The notes below the pieces were generated by a model, which saw only the letters and a program-made list of their open reading frames with translations, did not search any database and was not told the origin of the DNA. From a candidate division WOR-3 bacterium (GTDB taxonomy: Bacteria > Hydrothermota > Tepidihabitantia > SM23-42), in NCBI GenBank assembly GCA_020349965.1, contig CP070705.1, positions 2,134,905 through 2,171,599 on the forward strand: a stretch of DNA of 36,695 nt, written 5' to 3'. A program made the position numbers and the translations under genes. Shown piece after piece: positions 1-9,419 of the stretch. Every line of letters begins with the position of its first letter. Within the stretch, counting starts at the first letter, position 1.

Positions 1-1364
1 ACGCTCACGCCGTATTTTCTTTTGAGCCGGGCTAGAATGATATCGAGATGTAATTCTCCGATGCCCGAGATTATCAATTGCTTGATCTCCGGGTCGAAGG
101 CGAACGAAAAGGTTGGATCCTCATCGCGAAGACGGGCGAGTCCGTTCGAAATCTTCTCTTCATCGCCTTTCTCCTTAGGAACGATCGCCATGGATATGGA
201 CGGAGTCGGAAACACGATGGGCGGGAGGGAACCGTCTATTCCCTTAGTTAGAGTATCACCCGTATTCGTTTTCTTCAGTTTTACGAGACCGATTATCATA
301 CCGCTGGTCAGCTTTTCGATCTCAGTCTTTTCTTTGCCCTTGATCAAGAACATCTGATTGATCTTCTCTTCGGTCGACTTCGTAGTATTATCGACCACGT
401 CGCCGCTCTTTGCTGAACCACTGAAGATTCGTACGTAGCATACCTCGCCGAGGTGGGGTTCGACTACTGTCTTGAACACGTAACCGAGAAAAGGCGAGGT
501 ATCCTCGCGCTTGATCTTCTTGCCGCCGACCTCGATCTCCGGCATCATCTCAGATGAAGGGACGAACTCGGCGATCGCGTCTAGTAAATTCTTGACGCCG
601 ATTAATTCAAGTGCATCGCCTGCAAGACAGGGCGCGACTTTCCCGGCGATGATGCCTTTCTTAATCGGCTCTATGCATTCGCTCAGCTCCACTTTCTCGC
701 CTTCGATGTACTTGTTCATTAAAGCCTCTTCGAGATCAGCTGCAGCCTCAATGAATTTCTCTTGGTGTTTCTTTATGGCTTCATGCATACCATCGGGAAC
801 TGCACTTTCGTTACCCTTTGCATCATAGCCTTTGCCGCTCAGGACGTCGGCGACACCTTTAACCTTGTTACCATCGACCACCGGAATGGTGAGTGCGACG
901 AGGTTGTTCTTGTATGTCTCTTTTATTGCGGCCATCGTTTTTTCAAAGTCGGTATTCTCTTTGGCCAGTTTATTGATGAAGAATAAAACCGGTATGTTCC
1001 GGTTTGTGATTTCACCCAACAACCGCTCGGTACCGACTTCAATGCCGCTGAAGGCGTCGACGACGATGAGCGCGCAGTCGATCGCCTCGATCCCACTTAT
1101 TGCCTCACCGATGAAATCGGCGTAACCAGGAGTGTCGACGAGATTGATCGTGACATCACCGTGCTTGAAAGAAGCTAGCCCGAGGTTCAAACTGCATAGT
1201 TTGTCCTGTTCTTCGGGTTCGGTATCGAAAACCGACGTTTGCTCGCTTACTTTACCGAATCTCGTATTTGCACCAGTAAGATAGAGAAGGCCATCTGCGA
1301 TAGTCGTCTTGCCGCTTCCGGCATGACCGAATAGCCCTATATTCCTGTTACCCTTATGACCCAT
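1..1364 (-). CDS. fusA: Elongation factor G-like GTPase (EF-G2/FusA2), runs off the window edge
   Basis: Read by hand; absent from the ORF track because there is no stop in the window. ATG at 1364 with SD TAGGAGG. Translation begins MGHKGNRNIGLFGHAGSGKTTIAD, then LVDTPGYADFIGE and FFINKLAKE, with later EF-G motifs VFKTVVEPHLGE and SPMELHLDIILARLKRKY. Confidence 0.9.
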   Translation of the reverse strand, partial: MGHKGNRNIGLFGHAGSGKTTIADGLLYLTGANTRFGKVSEQTSVFDTEPEEQDKLCSLNLGLASFKHGDVTINLVDTPGYADFIGEAISGIEAIDCALIVVDAFSGIEVGTERLLGEITNRNIPVLFFINKLAKENTDFEKTMAAIKETYKNNLVALTIPVVDGNKVKGVADVLSGKGYDAKGNESAVPDGMHEAIKKHQEKFIEAAADLEEALMNKYIEGEKVELSECIEPIKKGIIAGKVAPCLAGDALELIGVKNLLDAIAEFVPSSEMMPEIEVGGKKIKREDTSPFLGYVFKTVVEPHLGEVCYVRIFSGSAKSGDVVDNTTKSTEEKINQMFLIKGKEKTEIEKLTSGMIIGLVKLKKTNTGDTLTKGIDGSLPPIVFPTPSISMAIVPKEKGDEEKISNGLARLRDEDPTFSFAFDPEIKQLIISGIGELHLDIILARLKRKYGVS

Positions 1365-1492
1365 GCAAGCCTCCTAAGAAGAAGGTTCGACAGGACCGAT
1401 TAAAGGCTGGTATTCTGCCATAATGGACAATCGAAAAAGCCTCTCGTTGCCATGTATGAACCTTCCTATACAATTCTGTACTTTTTTCATGT

Positions 1493-2056
1493 CTAACTCA
1501 GTGTTTTTGAAATCGTAATTGCAATTTCATCGCTCAGCAATTCTAGAATGATGTCGAGTGAACCGATGTAGTTTGTAGTTCCGCGTTTTATTATCAATCC
1601 TGCCGTTATATCGGAATCTTCATTTACCTTCAGGTTGATCTTTTCACTACGCAGAAATTTCTCCAGATCGTTGCGATAGTGGCCGAAGTCGTGTTTGCTT
1701 AGCAATAACTCTCCTTCTCTTTCGCCGCTTTTCTTGATTAAATTCTTCAGAAACATCAGGTAGTCAGTGTGCTCAGGCAGTTTTGCGACAGCCTCATCGA
1801 TAATCTTCTTGATTAAGTTCCACCTGTGCTCAGTCTGTTTCATATTAAGTCTGAGTCTTTGCTGAGAGATCGTTCGCATTATGTGCGTTTCTCGCTGTTC
1901 CTCAATTTCCTTCTTGATCTGCCGCTTCTTTTGCGCTATTTTCTCGTCGAATTCCTCGGCAATGCTCGATGCTTCTTTCTTGTGTTTTGCAGTGATTTCT
2001 TCAGCATCCTTCTTCGCATCCTCGAGTATCTTGTCAATGACTTTTTGAGTAGACAT
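1493..2056 (-). CDS. ntpE: V/A-type ATP synthase subunit E
   Basis: N-terminal coiled coil (KVIDKILEDAKKDAEEI) and a C-terminal DITAGLIIK motif; directly follows subunit K. Confidence 0.8.
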   Translation of the reverse strand: MSTQKVIDKILEDAKKDAEEITAKHKKEASSIAEEFDEKIAQKKRQIKKEIEEQRETHIMRTISQQRLRLNMKQTEHRWNLIKKIIDEAVAKLPEHTDYLMFLKNLIKKSGEREGELLLSKHDFGHYRNDLEKFLRSEKINLKVNEDSDITAGLIIKRGTTNYIGSLDIILELLSDEIAITISKTLS

Positions 2057-2057
2057 A

Positions 2058-2570
<513 letters not shown>

Positions 2571-2597
2571 CTAAATGTCAAAATACCTGAACTGGAA

Positions 2598-4685
2598 TTA
2601 CTGCTTGATATCGACATAATTGGTTTCCAGCCGGAAAGGCTTGAAAGGCTTGCTTCCGCCACTATAGAATCTGCCGAAGAATTCGATATACTGAAGCCGC
2701 ATGGTATGGATGAATCCACCGAGGGTATTTATGATCAGATTGAAGAGGTGGCTCGGAATTAGAATGATGACGACCAGGACTACGCCAATGACCGGGATTC
2801 CGGTAATCATCCAGGCGATTTTATTGATGGCGATGGCAATGACGCCCGTCACCATGCCAAGTGCCATCAGCCGGACATAGGAGAGGAGTACACCGAGATA
2901 GTTGGAAATGCCGTAAAGATTATAGAACCCCCACGCTATCTTGCCCAGGACCTTTTTCATCTCTTTGGGGCGTGTAAATTCAAAGACCATTAAGGGGATG
3001 GCTGCCAAGTAAAGATAAACTGGGATCTGAATTACATATCTTATGTTCAAGAAACCGAAGGCGAAGCTCGAAATCCCATACCATGTGAAGAAAACAACCG
3101 GAGCCCAAGCGAGCTGATCAACTGCTTTGGGCTTGCCCTCGGGATGTGAAGCAATGATGACACCGACAATACAGATCCATAAGATCAACTCAAAGATGGC
3201 TTTGCCCAAGAGCGATTTGCTGAAGACAACTGCATATAGCAGGATACTGGGTATGATTATAAACCACGTCAGGTTGGCGAAAATAGCCTGGCCATACTCG
3301 CCGTTCTTGAAGTTGTCCACAACTTCAATGGCGATGCCCAGCATCATGTGGACAAAACCCAGACCCAATGCGAGACCGATGAAGATCATTGGGTCCTTGA
3401 CCGGGTCGAATAGCATTACCGAATTCTTGAACCGAATGAGCGGCTCGAAGCCTATGTATTCGAAGATGTCACCGGCCCAGCCGCCCACCATGGCGCCTGC
3501 GAATATTGTCAATATTCCGCCGACCAGGAGGATCTTGAACAGACTTTTATCGCCGGTGACGCGCTTCATCAGGTAAAGGGAGATGATTATTAGTAATACA
3601 CCGTATAGGGCATCAGTGATGCAGAGTCCGAACATGACCGGGAAGAAGAATGCGAGAAAAGGCGTCGGGTCGTATTCTCGGGGGTCAGGCATGCTGTATA
3701 GTTTAACGAGCATTTCATACGGTTTGCTCAATGTGGCATTCTGCAGCGCGACCGGAGGACGTTCATCCGGGTCTCTTTCAACCTTATCGTAGAAAGCATA
3801 CCCGAACTTATTGATGAGCTTGTCAAGCCGCTTCAGGTTGCGTTTCAAGATCCAGCCGATGATATTTGTGGTACGTACCGTTTCCGGCAAAGAGTTAGTT
3901 ATGCCCTCCTTCTTCTGCAGAACAGAAAGCAGGTCAGAAGATGCCTCAAGGTTGAGGACCTCCTCTGCCAGATCCTCTTCGTGTTCGTTCAACTCATCTA
4001 ACCTGGTGCGGATGCGGCGCAATTCCTGCTCGAACCGATCGACCAACATCGCCGGTTTACCGGCATGAGAACGAAAATCCACTATTTCGCAGCCTAACTC
4101 GGTCAACCTAGTACGGAGCGTAGTACTCTGTTCTTTCTTCACAAAGAACAGGCAATAAAGTAGGGTTCCGGCGGAATTTACCTGTTCGAAGGAATGTGGA
4201 ATCTCTGAGATTGTAGCAATCAATTGAAGAATGTCCGGCCCCGGGATGGCGACCGGAAGAACTTCGGTTTGCCGGAATTCGCGTAGAGATTCCAGATCTG
4301 TATCAAGAGGCTGCCAGGGCGATAGGAGAGCAATATCGTCTTCGAGTTGTCGGGCTCGCGTCGATAGTGCTTCGCGTTCGGCCTTGATGCCTTCGAGTGT
4401 TGCTGCGGTTTTCGTGTGATCATAAGACTCGGCCAAATCGACAAAACTATCGTAAGACATCGAACGCTTCATATTGAAGAACATTGAAAGGGGATGGCGT
4501 TTCTTGTAAGCGCCTATTTGATTAAGAGCATCGGCGATACGGTTAAGTTCTTCGGATGTCTGGAGTGTCGTCTCTTGGAGTTCGCTAATGTGGACGATCC
4601 CCTCCCGCTGCAATTCTTTGACGAACTCTTCCTTTATGCTCTTATGAACGACAATTTGGATCTTTTCTACCGGGAGGACGGCCAT
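2598..4685 (-). CDS. ntpI: V/A-type ATP synthase subunit I (a)
   Basis: 695 aa; motifs YDPTPFLAFFFPVMFG, LSYVRLMALG and HTMRLQYIEFFGRFYSGG. Confidence 0.96.
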   Translation of the reverse strand: MAVLPVEKIQIVVHKSIKEEFVKELQREGIVHISELQETTLQTSEELNRIADALNQIGAYKKRHPLSMFFNMKRSMSYDSFVDLAESYDHTKTAATLEGIKAEREALSTRARQLEDDIALLSPWQPLDTDLESLREFRQTEVLPVAIPGPDILQLIATISEIPHSFEQVNSAGTLLYCLFFVKKEQSTTLRTRLTELGCEIVDFRSHAGKPAMLVDRFEQELRRIRTRLDELNEHEEDLAEEVLNLEASSDLLSVLQKKEGITNSLPETVRTTNIIGWILKRNLKRLDKLINKFGYAFYDKVERDPDERPPVALQNATLSKPYEMLVKLYSMPDPREYDPTPFLAFFFPVMFGLCITDALYGVLLIIISLYLMKRVTGDKSLFKILLVGGILTIFAGAMVGGWAGDIFEYIGFEPLIRFKNSVMLFDPVKDPMIFIGLALGLGFVHMMLGIAIEVVDNFKNGEYGQAIFANLTWFIIIPSILLYAVVFSKSLLGKAIFELILWICIVGVIIASHPEGKPKAVDQLAWAPVVFFTWYGISSFAFGFLNIRYVIQIPVYLYLAAIPLMVFEFTRPKEMKKVLGKIAWGFYNLYGISNYLGVLLSYVRLMALGMVTGVIAIAINKIAWMITGIPVIGVVLVVIILIPSHLFNLIINTLGGFIHTMRLQYIEFFGRFYSGGSKPFKPFRLETNYVDIKQ

Positions 4686-4987
4686 TTGAGAATGATATCC
4701 TGGGTCTTTTTAATGCTTTTTTCTCTATTCTTCTTATAAGATTCGTCCATTTTCTCCACGCTCTGCTTATATCGGGTTGTCAGAGCGGCGATCTCCTTGT
4801 CGATAGTTTTCTTCGCAATTTCGAGCTCTTTTTCCAACTCCTTGTCTCTCACCGCGTCAAGTGTCCCAAGTTTTTCTTCGTGTTCTGCGCGCGTTCTCTG
4901 GATCAGTTGTTGGCCGTTAGATTCGGCATTTTTCTTCAATATTTCGCCCTGTTCTTCGGCTTTCTTGATTTCCTCGATCAATTTCAT
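4667..4987 (-). CDS. V/A-type ATP synthase peripheral-stalk subunit G/H
   Basis: 106 aa charged coiled coil (LIEEIKKAEEQGE) overlapping the start of subunit I, the usual position of subunit H/G. Confidence 0.7.
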   Translation of the reverse strand: MKLIEEIKKAEEQGEILKKNAESNGQQLIQRTRAEHEEKLGTLDAVRDKELEKELEIAKKTIDKEIAALTTRYKQSVEKMDESYKKNREKSIKKTQDIILKWPSSR

Positions 4988-4992
4988 ACCCT

Positions 4993-5020
4993 ATTGTAGC
5001 TAATAATAAGACAAAGTCAA
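4993..5020 (-). promoter_or_regulatory. Sigma70-type promoter of the ATPase operon, probably leaderless
   Basis: TTGACT-16 nt-TACAAT, ending 5 nt before the ATG at 4987. Confidence 0.6.
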
Positions 5021-5098
5021 GACAGACTGAATTTTAAGGGCAATCGTGGGGCCTCGAAGGGTCAAACAAGAATAAGGGCGCAGAAAAGGTCGCTACTG

Positions 5099-6373
5099 CT
5101 ACTGACTATTGAGGGCGCGTTTCTTCATACGATCGGTAATGAAGAGTATTACCAATCCGATTACGACGAGTGATGCCGAAATAGCAAATGAAACCCGGTA
5201 GGCGAAGACCTCGGAGGTGCCGCTTCTTATCAGGAGATCGATGATCGGACCTGAGATAAATGTCGCTGCCATACCCCAGCTGAGAAAGAAGGTGGCGTTG
5301 AACCAGGCAAACTGCTTGCCTCGGCGTTCTGGAGGGATCAATTGCGAAGCGTAAGAATACGAGGATGATAGAATGACGACCATAGATACCCCAAAGAAGA
5401 AGTTGCACACGTAGATCAGAGGTAGTGCAGAGGCGAGCGCAAAACCGATAAGGCTGAGTATTGCGATTAACGCGCCTGCGTACAGAAGCGTAACGTCCTT
5501 GTACAATTTTGACAAACGCGATATGAATAATCCGACAATGAAGATGGCGATAGACTGCATATTGACGATATAGCTGAGGGTCTGGCTCGATACATTGAAT
5601 CCGGTGTCGAGTGAAAGAAATTGTGTCTTCACCGTGGCTATTGAATTACGTCCGAAATTGATGAAAATCATTGCCAGCATGAAAACAGAGAAGACCCGCG
5701 AGAGTGTAGTGGCATGATTGCTCCTGCGCACGGTCTTGGCCTGTACAACGGTGACACCGCCCTCGGGTATGAAGAACATGGGAATCGTTGACGCGAGCAT
5801 TATCCCGGATGCAACGAAGAACAGAAATCCACTATCAAACCCCCAGCCTTCGTAATATCGGGCAAGCCCATCATATGCCAGTCCGCCTATGAGTACGCCT
5901 ACGATTCTTCCGAGGGCGCCGAGACTGGAGAGTTTGCCCTGGATACCGGTGCGCTCTTCTTCTGGATAGAGGTCAGAGATGATAGCACTCCATCCGATAT
6001 TGGACATAGACCAGAATATCTCGACGACTGAAAGTCCGATGATGATAATATAACCTGCCATGGCCTTAGATGCCGGTATCTTGTGGAGATACCAGACAAG
6101 GAGGGTGCCGGCTGCGGCCAATGCCTCACCTAGTATGATATAGGTTCTTCGCTTCTGGTACTTGTCCGAAAGCGCTCCCCAGACGAATCTCTGGAAGACC
6201 ACATTTAGCACCATGGGGAGGGTGGCAAAGAGTGTCGTTTCGGTTACGCTGAGGCCAAGAAAGAAACGGAGATAGATGGAAAGGTAGCTGTAGAAGAGCC
6301 CCCTTCTGAACATGGTAAGGATCTCAAATGATGAAAGATTGAAGAGGGTCCTTTTGGCTCGTTGAACTGTCAT
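5099..6373 (-). CDS. MFS transporter
   Basis: 424 aa, about 12 hydrophobic segments, motif A-like WGALSDKYQKRR, and PEEERTG/PPERRG loops. Confidence 0.9.
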   Translation of the reverse strand: MTVQRAKRTLFNLSSFEILTMFRRGLFYSYLSIYLRFFLGLSVTETTLFATLPMVLNVVFQRFVWGALSDKYQKRRTYIILGEALAAAGTLLVWYLHKIPASKAMAGYIIIIGLSVVEIFWSMSNIGWSAIISDLYPEEERTGIQGKLSSLGALGRIVGVLIGGLAYDGLARYYEGWGFDSGFLFFVASGIMLASTIPMFFIPEGGVTVVQAKTVRRSNHATTLSRVFSVFMLAMIFINFGRNSIATVKTQFLSLDTGFNVSSQTLSYIVNMQSIAIFIVGLFISRLSKLYKDVTLLYAGALIAILSLIGFALASALPLIYVCNFFFGVSMVVILSSSYSYASQLIPPERRGKQFAWFNATFFLSWGMAATFISGPIIDLLIRSGTSEVFAYRVSFAISASLVVIGLVILFITDRMKKRALNSQ

Positions 6374-6424
6374 CTTGTATTGATGTCGGACAGGTGTGTG
6401 GGTCGGACTACAATGATCGAGGAG

Positions 6425-6988
6425 CTATTCGATACCGAACCACGGGCCTTTTTCGAGGTCTGAGAAAAATATCTTGCGGTCTTCTTCCCGTTTGATCGAC
6501 TCTCCGGCTTTTCGTGCGAGATCCAGGTACTTCTTCGCTTCGGTAGTACTGTGTGCTGCAGCATAGGCGCGAGCCATTGCCTCGTAAGCATAAGCGAGAT
6601 CGAAGTCCATGAACTTATGTGCCTCAGTCAATGTCAGGCATTTAACGGCATGGTGAAGTGCCTGTTCACTCCGCTCAAGAACTGCGTAGACATGGGAGAT
6701 CAGCCATTCGCCACGTTGGAAATTCACCGGTTCGCCGATTTTGCTCCAGTGATAATACGAAGCATGGGCTGCGTGTACCATTTCTTCGCTCTCTTCGTCG
6801 GAGCGAGTTTCTTTGGCTAAGAGACTCCACACCCGATTGTTACATCCGACGGCGAATCTCTTGTGCCATTCGAGAGTTTCTTTGTCTGCATCCTTCATTA
6901 CATTCTCCTCGGCCCGTACAAATGAGTGGACCATGATCATAGATGCGAGGATGAGTACAAGAAAATCGGTGATTTTCCTCGTCCGCAT
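6425..6988 (-). CDS. Conserved hypothetical helical (TPR-like) protein; start site ambiguous
   Basis: Motifs HAAHASYYHW, RGEWLISHVY and AYAYEAMARA. Candidate starts are 7006 (ATGA overlap), 6988 (SD AAGGAG) and 6898 (SD GAGGAG). Confidence 0.7.
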   Translation of the reverse strand: MRTRKITDFLVLILASMIMVHSFVRAEENVMKDADKETLEWHKRFAVGCNNRVWSLLAKETRSDEESEEMVHAAHASYYHWSKIGEPVNFQRGEWLISHVYAVLERSEQALHHAVKCLTLTEAHKFMDFDLAYAYEAMARAYAAAHSTTEAKKYLDLARKAGESIKREEDRKIFFSDLEKGPWFGIE

Positions 6989-7002
6989 TTTTTCTCCTTT
7001 CT

Positions 7003-7416
7003 TCATACATCGAAGATTATCTTAGCACGGAATTCATGCTTTTCTTTTACAATGGATAGATCGTGGTAAGTTGGATTCTTTATCTCAAGTTTCACCCGGT
7101 GGCGGGTCGGGTCAAACTTATCGCCGCGAAGCACTGCCTGCAGCGAGGTTTCTCGTACCGATATTGTATATTCGGATGGTATGAAACCGTGGACCGAGAA
7201 ATTGTATAACAATTCGCGGCACCAGTCGATGAAGAGATCTTCGAGCGACTCACTCCGCAAGTCGATGGATTTCTCCTTATCGGCATTGACTGAACCTGTT
7301 AGCTGTGTTTCGAAGATTGCCCGTCCGATATTGGCAAACAACTCATCGAGCGACCTGCCCCATGTTTCAATGCCAAGATCTGCCGTATGATCTGTGTACT
7401 GGTAGAGTACTGTCAT
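7003..7416 (-). CDS. Archease (RtcB RNA ligase activator family)
   Basis: 137 aa from the ATG at 7416; motifs YQYTDHTADLGI, EIKNPTYH and C-terminal IIFDV. Confidence 0.9.
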   Translation of the reverse strand: MTVLYQYTDHTADLGIETWGRSLDELFANIGRAIFETQLTGSVNADKEKSIDLRSESLEDLFIDWCRELLYNFSVHGFIPSEYTISVRETSLQAVLRGDKFDPTRHRVKLEIKNPTYHDLSIVKEKHEFRAKIIFDV

Positions 7417-7432
7417 TGGTAGCCCCCGTATG

Positions 7433-7460
7433 AGTTTAGTCAGAATTGCACAGAGGTCAA
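7433..7460 (-). promoter_or_regulatory. Putative sigma70-type promoter for archease and downstream genes
   Basis: TTGACC-16 nt-TAAACT upstream of a GGGGG SD-like sequence. Confidence 0.5.
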
Positions 7461-7501
7461 CAAAGGCATCTGGCCTTTGGATCGAGCATTCAGCATGAGG
7501 G

Positions 7502-9397
7502 CTAAAGATTCGCCGTGATTTTTTGCACCAGAGATTCGGCATCCAGGCCGCATTTCTTGTAGAGGACCTGGGGGTCATCCGATCTTCCGTAGTGTTCTAT
7601 GCCGATTGTGACTAAAGGCGTCTTAAGTTTTTCGCGGATCAGTTTCTGCGCGACGGTACTACCCAACCCCGTATCGACGACATGGTCTTCATACGTGAAT
7701 ATGCACTTTGTTCTTGCTGCCTCGTGTATTATTCGCGTATCGATACTCAGCGGAGATGAGACATTATAGATGCGGGGGATTATCCCGGTCGCCTTCAGTT
7801 TCTCATGGGCTTCGATCGCCATTGGAAGCATTGCACCGAAGGTCAATATCGCGCAGTCATCTCCTTTGCGGACAAGATCGGTCCTTCCGTACTCGTATCT
7901 ATAGTCGCCATCGAAGAATATGTTTCCCGCAGTATTCCTGACCACCGGGAGTTTCGTACGGCCGAGGCCGATCACGTAGTTGCCTTTCTGCTGCAAGACA
8001 TAGCGGACCGCGTGATCGGTCTGGTTCGGATCACCGGGGAGGATGAGCCTGAAGCCAAAGAGATTTTTCAAGAGACCGATGTAATCGATGCAGTGATGTG
8101 TTTTGCCATCCGGGCCCACGTTGTAGCCGAGGTGAGTCGCACAGATCTTTACGTTAGTGCAATTGATATCGTTCAGCCGCAGTTGGTTATAAACTTCATC
8201 GATCGCAAAGACTCCGAAATCTGCCCACAGGGTGACGATGCCGTTTATCGAAAGAGCACCGGCAATGGTGGCCGTCGTGTGCTCACTCACTCCGGCCTGA
8301 AAGAAGCCGTCCGGGCGGACCTTCCCGAATTCGGTCGTTTTCACCGATTCGGCAAGGTCACAATCGAGTACGGCAATGGGTAACTTCGGGTTGCGTTCGG
8401 CGATCTCGGCGAGTACGCTGCCAAAGACTGCCCGCGGATGGGTATCCTTCTCGTACGTCTTTGGTCTACCGGTGTCGATTGGTATGAATGCGATATCGTC
8501 AGTCCTAGGTAGCGGATGCCGGCAAGCGGCACGCGACCGGGTGATTGTCCCGATGCCGTCGGAAATCCCGAGTTCACCGAGTGCTCTTATGCATTCCTCT
8601 TCGGTCAATGCACGGCCGTGGTATTCACGTCGATTCTCCATGAATGAGACACCCTTGCCGATGATGGTTTCCGCGATGATTGCGTAGGGGTGGTCCTTGT
8701 CGCCGAGAGCCTGCCGTATTACGTTGTAGAGCTCCTTGAAATCGTGGCCAGAGGTTACCAGGACGCGCCAGCCATCGGCCAGGTAATTTTCCTCAATGTT
8801 CACCGGCATGACATCTTCGGTCCGCCCCGAGATCTGGATGTGGTTATGGTCGATGATAACGGTCAAGTCGTTCAGGTCGTATTTGCGGGCGAATCTGCGC
8901 GCCTCGGCGACCTGCCCTTTGGCCTGCTCGCCATCACTCATGGCAACGAAGGTGTTATACCGTAGCCCATTGAGGCGACCGGCGAGGGCGAAGCCGCAGC
9001 CGGCTGATAATCCCTGCCCCAGATTGCCCGTGGTCCATTCAATGCCCGGTACGTCCCGTTCGATGTGTCCTTCATACGGGCTGTTCGCATTGCGAAAACA
9101 AGCGAGCAGGCCTTCCCGGTCTATGAATCCAAGATGAGCCAGGCATGCATAGAGACCGGGCGCCGTATGTCCGTGGCTGACAATGATACGGTCGCGATCG
9201 CGCTCACAGGTTGTCTTGGCTGAAATTCGGGCATGGCTGAACAATGTCAGAAAGATGTCGATCGATGACATCGATCCGCCCGGATGACCCGAGCCGGCCA
9301 CAGTCGTCATCTTGATAATGTCCCCGCGGCAAAGCCGCGCCTTCTCCTTCAATTGGGCGATCCGATCCTCGGTGATATCGTCGGTGAATCCTGTCAT
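7502..9397 (-). CDS. tkt: Transketolase family protein (single chain)
   Basis: 631 aa; motifs GSGHPGGSMS, RDRIIVSHGH, TTGNLGQGLS, ETIIGKGVSFME and GPDGKTHH, plus a C-terminal transketolase domain. Confidence 0.88.
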   Translation of the reverse strand: MTGFTDDITEDRIAQLKEKARLCRGDIIKMTTVAGSGHPGGSMSSIDIFLTLFSHARISAKTTCERDRDRIIVSHGHTAPGLYACLAHLGFIDREGLLACFRNANSPYEGHIERDVPGIEWTTGNLGQGLSAGCGFALAGRLNGLRYNTFVAMSDGEQAKGQVAEARRFARKYDLNDLTVIIDHNHIQISGRTEDVMPVNIEENYLADGWRVLVTSGHDFKELYNVIRQALGDKDHPYAIIAETIIGKGVSFMENRREYHGRALTEEECIRALGELGISDGIGTITRSRAACRHPLPRTDDIAFIPIDTGRPKTYEKDTHPRAVFGSVLAEIAERNPKLPIAVLDCDLAESVKTTEFGKVRPDGFFQAGVSEHTTATIAGALSINGIVTLWADFGVFAIDEVYNQLRLNDINCTNVKICATHLGYNVGPDGKTHHCIDYIGLLKNLFGFRLILPGDPNQTDHAVRYVLQQKGNYVIGLGRTKLPVVRNTAGNIFFDGDYRYEYGRTDLVRKGDDCAILTFGAMLPMAIEAHEKLKATGIIPRIYNVSSPLSIDTRIIHEAARTKCIFTYEDHVVDTGLGSTVAQKLIREKLKTPLVTIGIEHYGRSDDPQVLYKKCGLDAESLVQKITANL

Positions 9398-9419
9398 GTT
9401 TCGATTGCTCCTCTGTCCA

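Noticed and set aside
22-1125. Plus-strand ORFs 22-357, 511-828, 762-986 and 832-1125
   Set aside because: They are antisense shadows of the EF-G-like gene and have no recognisable motifs.
7417-7578. 54-aa N-terminal extension of the archease ORF
   Set aside because: It overlaps the transketolase 3' end and a promoter; the archease motifs begin at the ATG at 7416.
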